From an uncultured Desulfobacter sp. (GTDB lineage: Bacteria > Desulfobacterota > Desulfobacteria > Desulfobacterales > Desulfobacteraceae), in assembly GCA_963665095.1 (NCBI GenBank), contig OY762069.1:3552001-3616000 (forward strand): a DNA stretch of 64,000 nt. The letters are read 5' to 3'. How positions within the stretch are numbered: the stretch's first letter is position 1; every line of letters begins with the position of its first letter. Made by a program: the position numbers and the translations under genes. Under the pieces are notes generated by a model. The model was not told the origin of the DNA and searched no databases. It saw nothing but the letters and a program-made list of their open reading frames with translations. Below are positions 10,929 through 23,000 of the stretch, piece after piece.

Positions 10929-11427
10929 TATCCGGGACCCAGACCTTAACGCCCTTGTTTCCCTTTTACAGTCTCAGCTTGTCTTCAGGCTGTATCCAAT
11001 TGGTTCACCTCTCTTTTATCCGGATGTGCAACAGCCATTTCATCGATGTTTATCAAACAGGCAACCATTTTTTATATAAAATTTATATTTACTTTTGTTG
11101 AAGTGCGAAAATTGTTATAAGGAACTTGTTACAAAAGGCATAAAAAAAGGTTTTCGATTAACGTCATATCGTACGGATTTTTCTTTGCGTGTTGACGATG
11201 TAATACATTTGAAGTGAACGGCTGAAGTTACCTGTATATCTTTTCTGTGGACCGCCCTTTCTGCCTTTAATTTCAAATGCCGAAAACCGTTGATGGCAGT
11301 GAAAATCTAATTCCCGGGTAAAGTAAACGCAAATCAGCGATGAAAAGCCACATCAATCTCTAAAATCAAAGACCCGGGTAAATGACAAACAATTGGAGAC
11401 TATAGAATATAAAGGAGGGGCTAAAAA

Positions 11428-12489
11428 GTGAACCCAGGCAACCTTATTCCCGTACCGGACACAATTCCCGTACACTGGGCATGGTTTCAGGTGCTGCTGA
11501 TTGTCACCTTTGTTTTGCACCTGCTTTTGATGAACACCATGCTGGGCAGTGCACTCATCGCTTTATTCCGTGAGTTAAAAGGGGACAAAGATGCAGATAA
11601 AATGAATTTGTCGACGGCTGAAAAACTGCCATATACCATCGCGTTCACTGTAAACATGGGGGTTGCCCCTCTGCTGTTCATTCAGGTGCTTTACGGGCAT
11701 TTCATCTACACAAGTTCCATTTTAATGGCGGTGTACTGGCTGTCCATGATCCTTCTTTTAATCCTGGCCTACTACGCCGCCTATATTTATGATTTCAAAT
11801 TTGAAGCCATGGGCAAAAGCCGTGCAATTTTTATCAGCATCAGTGTTGTACTGCTTTTATGGATCGGGTTTGTTTTTACCAACAACATGGTCATGATGAT
11901 TCAGCCTGAGACCTGGACCGCTTATTTCCGCAATCCCTTCGGCACGCTGTTAGCCCTCAAAGACCCCATGCTGATACCGCGGTATCTGCATTTTGTCTTT
12001 GCATCCGTTGCCATCGCGGGCCTTTTTCAGGCTATTGTATGGACCATGAAAAAAGAAAATCCAGTTTCGGAAAAAGCAGTTCGCTCCGGGCTAAACTGGT
12101 TTGCCTGGGCTACCTGCGTTCAGTTCGCCGTTGGTCTCTGGTTTCTGGTCGCTTTGCCCGAGGAAAAAATGATGCTCTTTTTGGGCAGAGCCCCTTTAAA
12201 CACCTTTCTGCTGGCACTGGGTGTGCTGCTGGGCGCCGCAGCCATTTATTCGGCGGCCCGGAACAACGTCCGGGTGACGTCTGCCCTGGCCCTGGCTGCG
12301 GTGGTGGACATGGTACTGGTCCGGGATCTGCTCCGATCCGCCTACTTAAAGCCTTACTTTTCGCCAGGCGAGTTGAAAGTGGTGCCGGAATACTCTTCCA
12401 TGATTCTGTTTTTAGCCGCGTTTGTCGCGGGCATCGTCATTATCATCTACATGGTAAAACTGGCTGTATCGTCGGGAAAGGAGGCGTGA
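11428..12489 (+). CDS. Polytopic membrane protein, CydA-fold partner subunit of the cytochrome bd-superfamily complex
   Basis: About 9 TM helices; LHLLLMN in TM1, MMIQPETW, DPMLIPRYLHF and VRDLLR segments run parallel to the CydA layout. Strong RBS AAGGAGG; stop abuts the next start (TGAtATG). Confidence 0.65.
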   Translation: MNPGNLIPVPDTIPVHWAWFQVLLIVTFVLHLLLMNTMLGSALIALFRELKGDKDADKMNLSTAEKLPYTIAFTVNMGVAPLLFIQVLYGHFIYTSSILMAVYWLSMILLLILAYYAAYIYDFKFEAMGKSRAIFISISVVLLLWIGFVFTNNMVMMIQPETWTAYFRNPFGTLLALKDPMLIPRYLHFVFASVAIAGLFQAIVWTMKKENPVSEKAVRSGLNWFAWATCVQFAVGLWFLVALPEEKMMLFLGRAPLNTFLLALGVLLGAAAIYSAARNNVRVTSALALAAVVDMVLVRDLLRSAYLKPYFSPGELKVVPEYSSMILFLAAFVAGIVIIIYMVKLAVSSGKEA

Positions 12490-12490
12490 T

Positions 12491-15145
12491 ATGAATTATC
12501 CTGTCTGGGAGCTTTACACTGCCGGCGGTGGTTTCCTGATTGCCCTGATTGCTGTGGTTCATGTTTACATTGCCCATTTTGCAGTGGGTGGCGGACTTTT
12601 CCTGGTATGGGCAGAAAAAAAAGCGTATGCACAAAATTCAGACGTGATTCTGGACTATGTCAAAAAGCATACCAAATTTTTCCTTTTGCTCACCATGGTC
12701 TTTGGAGGACTCACAGGGGTTGGCATCTGGTTTACCATCTCTTTACTCAACCCGTCAGCCACCTCCACGCTGATCCATACCTTTGTCTTTGGATGGGCCA
12801 CTGAATGGGTCTGCTTTGTGGGGGAGATCGTTGCCCTGTTCATCTACTTTTATACCTTTGGGAAAATGTCCCGCAAAGACCATCTGAAAATCGGCTGGCT
12901 CTATTTTATCTTTGCCTGGCTTTCTCTTTTTCTGATCAACGGGATTATTGATTTTATGCTCACCCCGGGCCAGTGGCTTGAAAATCACAGTTTCTGGTCC
13001 GGCTTTTTTAATCCCACCATGTGGCCGGCGCTGTTTTTCAGAACCTTTATCGCCTTTATGTTTGCAGGAATTTTTGGTTTTCTGACAAGCATGTTTATTG
13101 AGGATGAAAAAATAAGGTCCTGGGTAAACAGAAGCTGCGCTGTATGGATTCTGATCCCGCTGGCCGGCATGCTGGCTTCGGGGTACTGGTATTTCTCCGT
13201 GCTGCCGGAACCGGTGAAGATGATGGTGTTTAAAGGGTCCCCCGAGCTTTTACCTTATCTGACAACCTTTTACATTGGCACCGGCATCTTGTTTGCCGGT
13301 GCGCTTGTGCTGGCAATGTCACTGCCTCTACCTTTTAAAAAAGCCGTGGCCTTTTTTATCCTTGCCATGGGTCTGGTTTATATGGGCGGGTTTGAATTTC
13401 TAAGGGAGGGCAGCAGAAGACCCTGGGCCATTTACGATCACACCTACGCCAACGGCATAAAGAAAACCGACATCCCTCAAATAGAACAGGCTGGTTTTTT
13501 AACCGCAGCCAAATGGATATTTAACCGGGATCTGACCCCGGCCAACACCCTTGCTGCCGGAAGGGAACTTTTCCGCAACCAGTGTTCAAGCTGCCATTCC
13601 GTTGGCGGGCCTATGAATGATATCCTGAAACTGACCCGGGGCATATCAGTGTACGGTATTGACTCCCGGCTGAACGGATGCGGAACCATCAGCCACTACA
13701 TGCCGCCGTTTATGGGCACACGCGCCGAACGTATGGCCCTGGCAACGTTCATTGTTGAGGGGCTGAATACTGAAAAGGCGGTTGCTGACACTGTGTTCCC
13801 GGCCGGAAATAAAGCGGCAGAAATTCCACCCTTTGATGCGGATACCAGCGAGTATGTGCTGTTGTCCTGGAATAACCTGGGCATGCACTGTATTTCAGAC
13901 AGTGATCCGTTCTGGGTACTTCTGCCCCCTGCCAATGACCTGTTTGCCCAGTTGATCAAACGCGGGGAGACCCCGGAAGTGGTCACTGAGAATATCGAGA
14001 TCACTTACAAGGTAGATCCCGGATTTGAAAATCCAAGTGCCCATGTCAAGTTCTGGGAGCATGCACAGTCTCTGTTCGGCGCCCAGCCCGCGAAGAATAT
14101 CGGGCTTTCCGGGAACGGGCTTTCCGGAAAAATGCATCTGGCCGAAGCGCTTCACGCGTTTGAGGCCACTCTGATACCGGTGGTGCCATACAATGATGAC
14201 GGCAGTTACAACCCCTATCCGACCTTTACCATTGAGGCCATTGACAAACAGACCGGCCGGATGCTTGCGCAGACCCGTACCGTGGCCCCGACATCAACGG
14301 AGATGGGCTGCCGCAACTGCCATGGCGGCCAATGGCGGGTCAACGGCAAGGCCGGGTTCACCGATGAAACCTCGGCCAATATCCTGGCCATCCATGACAA
14401 GCGGTCCGGGACCAACCTGCTGGAGATGGCCCAAAACGGCAAGCCCCGGTTATGCCAGTCCTGTCATTCCGATCCGGTGCTGGGAACCAAGGGAGAACCA
14501 GGGCTGCTGAATTTTCCGGCGGCCATGCATGGCTGGCATGCCAATTATCTGACCGGGCGCGGCACTGAGGCCTGTTTCAAATGTCATCCATCCCGGCCGG
14601 ACGGGCCCACCCAGTGTTTGAGAAGCGTTCATGCCGAAAAGCTGGACTGCACCTCATGCCACGGTTTTCTGGAAGATCACGCCCTAAGTCTTTTGAAAAA
14701 AGAGGACCAGGACAAAAAACCCGGTGCACGGCGACTGATGATCCATCTTAAGCCGCGCACTGTGGCATCCGTGGCCCATATCAACCCACGGACCCCATGG
14801 ATCAATGAACCGGACTGTCTCAATTGCCATGCCAACTTTGCCCGGGCAGATGCAAAGACCGCAAACGGGTTTAATCAATGGACGTCGGGACCTTCTGCAC
14901 TTTACAGGATGCGGCACGATAATACCGGCCGGATGATGTGTGAAGCCTGCCATGGTGCCACCCATGCCGTTTATCCGGCAAACAACAAGCTTGGCAGAGA
15001 TCTGGACAACATCCAGCCGCTGCAGTATCAGCGGAGCCGGAATCCCATTGGATCCAAACGCTGTTCTGTCTGTCATACCAGGCCGGTAAACAAAATGCCG
15101 GCCCATCATCCCATGCCGCCAACCGCCCGAATGGAAAATTTATAA
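12491..15145 (+). CDS. Cytochrome bd-type (CydA-like) subunit fused to class I cytochrome c and a multiheme domain (8 CxxCH)
   Basis: CydA-like N-terminus ([36 protein letters not shown]). CxxCH motifs: CSSCH, CRNCH, CQSCH, CFKCH, CTSCH, CLNCH, CEACH, CSVCH. Confidence 0.85.
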   Translation: MNYPVWELYTAGGGFLIALIAVVHVYIAHFAVGGGLFLVWAEKKAYAQNSDVILDYVKKHTKFFLLLTMVFGGLTGVGIWFTISLLNPSATSTLIHTFVFGWATEWVCFVGEIVALFIYFYTFGKMSRKDHLKIGWLYFIFAWLSLFLINGIIDFMLTPGQWLENHSFWSGFFNPTMWPALFFRTFIAFMFAGIFGFLTSMFIEDEKIRSWVNRSCAVWILIPLAGMLASGYWYFSVLPEPVKMMVFKGSPELLPYLTTFYIGTGILFAGALVLAMSLPLPFKKAVAFFILAMGLVYMGGFEFLREGSRRPWAIYDHTYANGIKKTDIPQIEQAGFLTAAKWIFNRDLTPANTLAAGRELFRNQCSSCHSVGGPMNDILKLTRGISVYGIDSRLNGCGTISHYMPPFMGTRAERMALATFIVEGLNTEKAVADTVFPAGNKAAEIPPFDADTSEYVLLSWNNLGMHCISDSDPFWVLLPPANDLFAQLIKRGETPEVVTENIEITYKVDPGFENPSAHVKFWEHAQSLFGAQPAKNIGLSGNGLSGKMHLAEALHAFEATLIPVVPYNDDGSYNPYPTFTIEAIDKQTGRMLAQTRTVAPTSTEMGCRNCHGGQWRVNGKAGFTDETSANILAIHDKRSGTNLLEMAQNGKPRLCQSCHSDPVLGTKGEPGLLNFPAAMHGWHANYLTGRGTEACFKCHPSRPDGPTQCLRSVHAEKLDCTSCHGFLEDHALSLLKKEDQDKKPGARRLMIHLKPRTVASVAHINPRTPWINEPDCLNCHANFARADAKTANGFNQWTSGPSALYRMRHDNTGRMMCEACHGATHAVYPANNKLGRDLDNIQPLQYQRSRNPIGSKRCSVCHTRPVNKMPAHHPMPPTARMENL

Positions 15146-15164
15146 CAGCCATAGGAGATACAAA

Positions 15165-17501
15165 ATGAAGCTGAATACCAAGATACTTTTTATAAGTCTG
15201 ACAGGACTTGGCGTTATGTTGCTTGTCAGTCTGCTGGCAACATCCATATACTTCAACAGGATTAAAGGAGAGCAGATTGAAAAAAGTGCAAAAGCGGCTC
15301 AAAGACAATTTGAAATGGCCATGGAAGCCAAAAAAAAGGTGTGGTTAACCAATGCGCTTCAGGTGGCAGCCAATGCGTATGTTAAAAAAGCAATTCAGGA
15401 AAATGACCGGCAACTGGCTGACAACGTCCTGAAACGCCTGGGCAAAACATTTAAGGAAAATACCGGATTTAAAAATGTTCAGGTTCACCTGATTGACAGC
15501 AATCTACACTCTTTTTATAAGTCATGGGCACCGGATTCCTATGGAGAGTCTCTTGGATATTCCAAAGGCTATGCCCTGGTGAAAAATACCCTGAAACCGG
15601 ATGCGGCCATGGAGGTTTCCGGCAAAGGTCTTCGCCTTAAGGGGCTGTTCCCCATCCTGGACGGGGACAGATTTCTGGGTATTGCTAATTTTGAGGGGGG
15701 ATTGAACTCTCTCAAGCGCACATTGAAACCCCATGATATAGATTTTATCTGTTTTATGGATGCAGATGACTTAAGCGTTGCCCAAAGCATGAAGGGCAAG
15801 GCCCAGGTCGCCCGGTTTGTTTTAAACCAGAAGGATGTGGATGAAGAGTACTGGGCCTATTTTCAAAAACCCGGAATTATCAATAAGATACTGGATGCGC
15901 CCTTTTTCCTGGACAAGGAGTATCTGAGCATTAAAGGGCAGTTTAAGGGATTTGGGGGCGCCATGTCCGGGCTGTATGTACTCGGTGTAAAAGACAAATT
16001 CGCTCTGGCCAATGTCCACGCCCTGAAAAAATTAATTGTGACCATGTTCAGCCTGCTCTTCGGCATTTTTTTATGTTTCATTTTCGGACTGGTGTTTTTC
16101 ATGAACAGAAGTGTTGTGGCACCCATTAAATCCATTGCATACAATATGAAGGGTATCGCCGAGGGAGAAGGAGATCTGACCAAACGCCTGACAGTTGCAT
16201 CCCGGGATGAAATCGGCCAGCTCAGCCATGAATTTAATATTTTTATCGAAAAGCTGGATAACCTGATCTGGAATGTGAATGATCGGAATCAGAACCTGGG
16301 CCTTGTATCCAATGAACTGTCCGGCGTTGCGGCGTTGATGTCTGCCACAGCAGGAAGCGTCTCTTCCCAGGCCAATACGGTTTCCGGTGCGGCAGAACAG
16401 ATGAGTGAAAATATGAATACCGTGGCGGCTGCCATGGAAGAAGTTACGGTAAATGCCAACCATGTGGCAGCCGCAGCCGAGGAGATGACGGTCTCCATCA
16501 GTGAAATATCTGGCAATACGACCAAAACCAGACAAATCACCCACCAGGCTGTCGAAGATGCAGGAAGTGCTTCAGAAAAAATCGGAGATCTTCGCACCTC
16601 TGCCAAGGACATCGGCAATGTCCTGAATACCATTCAGGAAATTAGTGAACAGACCAATCTTCTAGCCTTGAATGCCACCATTGAAGCGGCCAGAGCCGGA
16701 GATGCCGGCAAGGGGTTTGCCGTGGTGGCAGAGGAGATCAAACAGCTGGCCGGCCAGACCTCCAAGGCCACTGTGGATATCAGAGAGAAGGTTGAAAATA
16801 TTCAGGGTGTCAGCAGCCAGGCAGTGGACGAAATCGGCCGGGTTGCTGCCACCATTTCTGAAGTGGACGAAAAGGTAACCTCTGTTGCCGCATCCATTGA
16901 AGAACAGGCAAAAACCACGGAAGAAATCTCCTCCAACATCCAGCAGGTATCAGCAGGGATCGCCGATATTCAGGAAACCATTCTCCATGCATCCGAGATT
17001 TCAGACCAGATCGCCCAGGAAATACATACGGTAAAAAATGCTTCCACTGAGATGCGTGAATACAGCCATGAGGTTGAAAAGGACGCAGAGAGTCAGAATC
17101 ACATGGCCGACGATGTCATTCAGATGATGAGCCAGTTCCAGATGGGCGATGAGAGCTTTCATGCCGCCCCGGTTAAACGGGCCCACAGCCTGTGGAAAAA
17201 GAAATTGTCAAACATGTTGTCCGGCAAGCAGGAAGACATCCGAATGGATCAGCTGACCGATCATCGGCACTGTGATTTTGGCCGGTGGTACTTTGGGCCT
17301 GGAGTGGAAAAATATGGGACAAACAAAAATTATAAGAAAATTGGGGAAATACATGAACAGGTCCATGAGATCGGAGGAAAGGTGGCAAGGCTTTTCAATG
17401 AGGGCAAAAGAGACGAGGCCCACAATCTATTCAAAACGTACAGCCAGGTTTCCCATGAGTTGTTTGAATTGCTGGATGGACTGGAAACACGCGCATCATA
17501 A
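15165..17501 (+). CDS. Methyl-accepting chemotaxis protein with Cache-type sensor, HAMP and C-terminal CZB domain
   Basis: Two TM helices, HAMP (GDLTKRL...DEIGQL), MCP core [30 protein letters not shown] ligands AHSLW / HRHCDFGRW / HEQVH. Confidence 0.93.
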   Translation: MKLNTKILFISLTGLGVMLLVSLLATSIYFNRIKGEQIEKSAKAAQRQFEMAMEAKKKVWLTNALQVAANAYVKKAIQENDRQLADNVLKRLGKTFKENTGFKNVQVHLIDSNLHSFYKSWAPDSYGESLGYSKGYALVKNTLKPDAAMEVSGKGLRLKGLFPILDGDRFLGIANFEGGLNSLKRTLKPHDIDFICFMDADDLSVAQSMKGKAQVARFVLNQKDVDEEYWAYFQKPGIINKILDAPFFLDKEYLSIKGQFKGFGGAMSGLYVLGVKDKFALANVHALKKLIVTMFSLLFGIFLCFIFGLVFFMNRSVVAPIKSIAYNMKGIAEGEGDLTKRLTVASRDEIGQLSHEFNIFIEKLDNLIWNVNDRNQNLGLVSNELSGVAALMSATAGSVSSQANTVSGAAEQMSENMNTVAAAMEEVTVNANHVAAAAEEMTVSISEISGNTTKTRQITHQAVEDAGSASEKIGDLRTSAKDIGNVLNTIQEISEQTNLLALNATIEAARAGDAGKGFAVVAEEIKQLAGQTSKATVDIREKVENIQGVSSQAVDEIGRVAATISEVDEKVTSVAASIEEQAKTTEEISSNIQQVSAGIADIQETILHASEISDQIAQEIHTVKNASTEMREYSHEVEKDAESQNHMADDVIQMMSQFQMGDESFHAAPVKRAHSLWKKKLSNMLSGKQEDIRMDQLTDHRHCDFGRWYFGPGVEKYGTNKNYKKIGEIHEQVHEIGGKVARLFNEGKRDEAHNLFKTYSQVSHELFELLDGLETRAS

Positions 17502-17539
17502 AGATATTTTACTGCTGTTTGGAAAATGAAGTTTGGAAA

Positions 17540-18406
17540 TTAAGACCAATGGTCATGAAGCGAATGGCTGTAAAACTGATTGTAGATGATGGTCAGCAAT
17601 AAGGCAAAAACAACCGAAGATAAACCAATGGCAACACTGTAATAAACGGATGCGGTCAAAGATAATCGGATTAGCAATGTGGCCAGCGCATAACCTGAAT
17701 TTCTGAACACCGCATGGAATTGAGGTAAAAAAATCTGTGCCAGAAAAACCATGAGGATGTCGGAAAAAATCAATACCGTATAAAAAGACTGGAAGAAGTT
17801 AAACCCGGTCATACCCTGGATTTTGAGCCAGAGGTCATATATCCCCATGGCGAAAAAAACCCAGAGCATGCAAAATGCCACTGTTTTTTTTGCCAGGATA
17901 AACTGGTTCAGATATGAACCGGGGGGCATTGTTTTATCCAGCCGGGTCAGCATCATTCGGTAGCAACCCAGAAGGCCGAAAATGGCCAGCGAACCGAAAC
18001 CATATGCGAAAATATGGTACACTACGTCGGCATGATGGGCCAGTGACACGGGTTCCGGTAAATCAGAAAGCTGTTTAAACGCATTTCTTAAAAAGATCAG
18101 TGCCAGGATTTCAAATTGCTTGCCTAAGGCCTTGGACATGGAGTCCGGCAGGGTAAATATCATGGTAATAATTTCCAGGAACAGCACAAGAAGAAATGCA
18201 ATATTAATAGCCATAAAATGGCTGTGGGATACATGCGCAGCCAGCATCCCGGGAAGCATGCCATGCCGGTTGAATTCAATCAGAACAAGACTGGCCAGAA
18301 AAATTATAACAAGGAGATAGGACACAGTTTTATGCGTGGTTTCGCTGTGCCAGAAAGCCTCTATTGTATCTAAAGCATGCGTACAAGCCGTGATCAGAGT
18401 TTTCAT
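17540..18406 (-). CDS. Hypothetical integral membrane protein
   Basis: 288 aa with about 8 hydrophobic helices; no family recognised with confidence. Confidence 0.7.
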   Translation of the reverse strand: MKTLITACTHALDTIEAFWHSETTHKTVSYLLVIIFLASLVLIEFNRHGMLPGMLAAHVSHSHFMAINIAFLLVLFLEIITMIFTLPDSMSKALGKQFEILALIFLRNAFKQLSDLPEPVSLAHHADVVYHIFAYGFGSLAIFGLLGCYRMMLTRLDKTMPPGSYLNQFILAKKTVAFCMLWVFFAMGIYDLWLKIQGMTGFNFFQSFYTVLIFSDILMVFLAQIFLPQFHAVFRNSGYALATLLIRLSLTASVYYSVAIGLSSVVFALLLTIIYNQFYSHSLHDHWS

Positions 18407-18871
18407 GGATACTCGGTTTTAATAATTGGCACCAAAAAAATGTATGGTACTGGCAGGCCATCATCTGCCAGAATTTTTATTGTTTTTTTAAATATCATAA
18501 CATATCACAATTTTAACGCATTTTATAAAGAAGAAGCAACGGGAGATGATGATGACAAAAAAAGAAAAATTTCAGATACCCGGATATCTCTTATTTGTAA
18601 TGATCATGGAAATGACATTTCAGAAAAATTGCAAAGATGATACGTTATTCAATACAATATAGGTAAATTATAATTTCAAATTGCTTGTTGTTCAAAAATG
18701 CTCTTCGAAAAGTTTCTCCGAATCTGTACTGTAATTCAGTGAGTACAAGCTCTATCTATCTTTTAGCCACAATATTGTATCCGTAATGCATCTCAGGCGG
18801 GATCAGGCGTAATAAATAAAGCCAGGTAACATTCTTTCACAAGTTTTCGGGTGAAGGAGGAGGCATCAAAG

Positions 18872-20002
18872 ATGATAGACAAGACAATAAACTCAAAAAT
18901 AGTGCTTATCGTGGATGACACCCCGGATAATTTGACAATACTTGGTGAACTGCTGATGCCCGATTATCAGGTCCGTGTTGCCAACTCAGGTCCGAAAGCG
19001 CTTGTCGCAGCCGCGACCACCCCACTTCCGGACCTTATCCTGCTTGACATCATGATGCCGGGAATGGACGGATATGAGGTAATTCGGCATCTGAAAAGCA
19101 ATCCTGACACAAGTGACATTCCCGTCATATTTATAACAGCCCTGGATACCTGCGAAGATGAGGCCAAGGGCCTTCAACTCGGTGCCAGTGACTATATATC
19201 CAAACCCATACGTGCCCCGATTTTACTTGCCCGGGTCAAGGGGCAGCTTGAAATCAAGGCGGCCCGGGACATACTGCGCAATCAGAACAGCTGGCTGGAA
19301 ACCGAAATAAGACGGAGAATCAATCAGTACCAGAAAGTCCAGGATATCAGCATGCGTGCATTGGCCTGCCTGGCTGAGGCCCGGGATAACGAAACGGGAA
19401 ATCATATTCTGCGAACACAAAATTATTTGCAGATTCTGGCCGAAGAACTGGCTGGCAATGACAAGTATACCGGTATTCTAACCGACCAGGTCATTGACGT
19501 CTATACAAAGGCAGCCCCGCTTCACGATATTGGGAAAGTGGGTATTCCGGATCATGTTCTGTATAAGCCGGCAAAACACACACAGCAGGAGTGGGAAATT
19601 ATGAAAACCCATGCCCAGATCGGTGCGGACGCCATCTGGAGAGCCATCGGGAATGAGGAGGACAAGGAGGCTGTCAATTTCCTCTATGTGGCCATGGACA
19701 TTGCCGGCAGCCACCATGAAAAATGGGACGGCAGTGGTTACCCCAGGGGATTGGATTCAACCCGGATTCCATTATCTGCAAGACTGATGGCGTTAGCGGA
19801 TGTGTTCGACGCCCTGGTCAGCCACAGGGTATATAAACCGGCATACCCCATGGATGTGACTGTAAAAATTATAAATGATGGCAGCGGAACTCACTTTGAC
19901 CCGGATATTGTTGCTGCTTTTAACCGGCGAGTGGAAGATTTTCAGGACATTGCCTCACTTTATATAGAACAACAGGACCCCGAAATGGCGTCAAGCAAGT
20001 AA
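18872..20002 (+). CDS. Response regulator with HD-GYP c-di-GMP phosphodiesterase domain (RpfG-like)
   Basis: REC LIVDD...LLDIMMP; PLHDIGK; HHEKWDGSGYP. ATG 18872 follows GGAGGAGG. Confidence 0.93.
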   Translation: MIDKTINSKIVLIVDDTPDNLTILGELLMPDYQVRVANSGPKALVAAATTPLPDLILLDIMMPGMDGYEVIRHLKSNPDTSDIPVIFITALDTCEDEAKGLQLGASDYISKPIRAPILLARVKGQLEIKAARDILRNQNSWLETEIRRRINQYQKVQDISMRALACLAEARDNETGNHILRTQNYLQILAEELAGNDKYTGILTDQVIDVYTKAAPLHDIGKVGIPDHVLYKPAKHTQQEWEIMKTHAQIGADAIWRAIGNEEDKEAVNFLYVAMDIAGSHHEKWDGSGYPRGLDSTRIPLSARLMALADVFDALVSHRVYKPAYPMDVTVKIINDGSGTHFDPDIVAAFNRRVEDFQDIASLYIEQQDPEMASSK

Positions 20003-20040
20003 AGGCCCCCTATTTATCATCTTATGAGGCTACCGATAAC

Positions 20041-23000
20041 ATGTTCAAATATATTTTAACGCTTACATTTTTGCTAATAATGCTGTTACTTGGGGCTGGC
20101 TATGGATTTTTCCAGTCAAAAGCAACCCAGATTGAAAACAGGACCTTTGCAGACCTTCAAGATGTCGTAAGAACCAAATCAGATGTTGTTGTCCACTGGA
20201 TTAAGCAAAGGAAAGGGGATGCAAGAATCTGGGGCGACTCAAAAATTGTCGCGGATGAAATTGACGCATTTCTCAGGCAGCCCGATAATCCACAGTTAAA
20301 AAACATCATGCAGTCACAACTGGATGTGATGCTCCGCGCCCATGGCTATAAATCTGCCATGATTGTATCTTTTGACAAAAAAATTGTGCTGGGGACCGAT
20401 ATCCAGTCCGGCATGGGCTATCCCGTATCAGAAGCATTTGAAAAGGCCATGGCATCCGGAAAAATTCAACACACGGATTTTTATATTCACCCCTCCCAGG
20501 ATGTGTATATGGACTGGGTTGTCCCTCTTATCCCTACCGCCTCTGAAAACAAAAAGCCCCTATCCGCACTGATATTACGAATAGATGAAAGTCAGGTCCT
20601 TCTTCCTTTCATAAAGTCTTCTCCGGGGCACTACAATAGCTTTGAAACTGTTTTACTGACATTTAATAAAGGAAATGCCATCTGTCTGACATTACCGTCC
20701 GATGCATCGTCTAACGTTATAAAAAGAGATCCATCCGATCCGAATTCACTCGCAGCCAAGCTTAAAAATGCCGTATCAGTATCCGGTACCGGAATAAGCA
20801 TGGATTTTAAAAAAAAAGAGGTATTATTCGCTTACAGGGCGATTGCGGGTACGCCCTGGCTGATGATTGCCAAAATTGACAGAAAGGAAATTCTTTTACC
20901 AGTGCTCAGGATCGTATGGGGCTGGGGTTTTGCCGTGTTTGCGGGGATTACCATTATCTATTTTGCCCTGTTTCAAAATTTGTATCAGCAGAAAAAAATC
21001 CGGCAAATGGAAATTGACCAGGCCAAAAGAATTGCAGACCAGCGGTTTGAATCTTTGAGCAATAATATACCCGGCGGGTTTGTCTTTCGCTTTACTTTAA
21101 CATCTAAGGGGGAAAGAGGATTTTCCTTCATCAGTCAGGGGGTGCAGAAACTGTTTAATTATTCACCTGAACAAATCATCACGGATCCTTCCCTTGTGCT
21201 CTCACGCTTGGAAAAGAACTCTGAGGCGCTTTTGCAAACGGTTCTGTCACACAGTGCTAAAAATCTGTCCACCGTCACTGAAGAATTCAGGTTTGATCTG
21301 GATAATGGCAGGATTCTGTGGATGCAGTTTAATGCCCACCCTGTCAGGGAACCGGATGGACTCATGGCCTGGGACGGTGCCGGAATCGACATCTCCGGGC
21401 ATAAAAAAGCGGAATACAATCTGCGGCAGAGTGAGGCGCGGTTTCGCAGGCTTTTCAGCGAATCCAGGTCTCCGGTATTTTTGATGGAGGATGAACAGTT
21501 TATTGATGCCAACCCGGCAGCTCTGGAGCTTTTAGGGTATGAGTCCCTTGAAGAACTGCGCGGCATAAAACCGGAAGAGATATCACCCAAATATCAACCG
21601 GACAGAAAACTATCCAACGAAAAAGTAAAAGAGGTTTATGAAAAGGCCTTTTCCCGTGGAAGTCACCGGTTTGAGTGGGAGCATCTTAAAAAAGACGGTT
21701 CTCATTTCTTTGCCGAAGTGACGCTGACCCCAATTCGTTTTAAATACAGGACATTGATTCATGTTTCCTGGACAGATATCACGGAGCGAAAGCAGATGGA
21801 AAGCCGCTTAAAGGAGTTTGAAGCCATTGTCAATTCATCAGATGATGCCATCATCTCCAAAACCATATACGGTACGGTCCTTAGTTGGAACCAAGGCGCG
21901 GAAAAGGTCTTCGGGTATAAGGCGGATGACATCATCGGGCGGTCCATCAAACAGCTCTTTCCCCACGATCTATGGGAGCAGGAGCAGGAAATTTTTGAAA
22001 AAATAAAACAGGGAATCAACATTGAACACTTTGAAACCCGCCGGCTGCGCAAAGATGGCGCCATTATTGATGTATCTGTTACCATTTCCCCAATATATGA
22101 TAAAGACGGGACTGTCTGGGCAGCTTCAAAAATTGCCAGGGATATTACAGAAAAAAAGCAGATTGCCGCATCTCTGGAAGAACAGCGGCTGCAGCTTAAA
22201 ACCCTTGTGGAAGCCATTCCGGATCTTGTCTGGCTTAAAGACATTGACGGTGTGTTTCTTTTCTGCAATCGGCGCTTTGAAGCGCTGTTTGGGGCAAAAG
22301 CCGGGGATATTGTGGGGAAGACCGATTATGATTTTCTTGACAAAAAACTTGCGGATGCGTTTCGACAAAGAGACATGGAGGCGATGCAGGCAGGGCAGGC
22401 CACCATGAACGAAGAGTGGGTCACCTTTGCCAATGACGGGCACCAGGAACTGCTTGAAACCATCAAAACCCCCTTGAAAAATGAGAAGAATGATACCATC
22501 GGTGTTTTAGGAATTGCCCACGACATTACGGCCAGAACCCGGAATGAAGAGTACTTGCGTAAATTTTCCCTGGCTGTGGAGCAAAGCGCCAATGCCGTTG
22601 TGATCACTGGCCGGGACAGCACGATCGAATACGTTAATCAGCGGTTCACTGAGATGACCGGCTATTCCAGAGATGAAGTGATTGGAAAAAACCCGCGCAT
22701 CCTCAATTCAGGGGAAACGCCCAAGGAAACCTATGTCCAGTTGTGGGCGGCCCTGGTGAAAGGAGAATCATGGAGCGGCGAGTTTACCAACGTACGTAAA
22801 AATGGTCAAAAATACTTTGAATTCGCAGTCATTACCCCCCTGCGTGACAAGGATGGTACGGTAACCCATTTTGTGGCGGTTAAACAGGACGTCACCGAGA
22901 AGAAACAGATCGAACAGGAGCTGAGCAACCATCGCCAGCGTCTTGAAGAGCTGGTAAATTCAAGAACAATGGAGCTTGAGGCTGCCAAATTGCAGGCTGA

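Noticed and set aside
10930..11427. Riboswitch or FNR/Rex/HcpR site in the long leader of the bd-like operon
   Set aside because: No c-di-GMP, cobalamin or other consensus could be matched by eye; an Rfam scan would settle it.
18377..18661. Short ORFs in the AT-rich gap before the HD-GYP gene
   Set aside because: No recognisable motif; one overlaps the divergent gene start. Probably promoter DNA.
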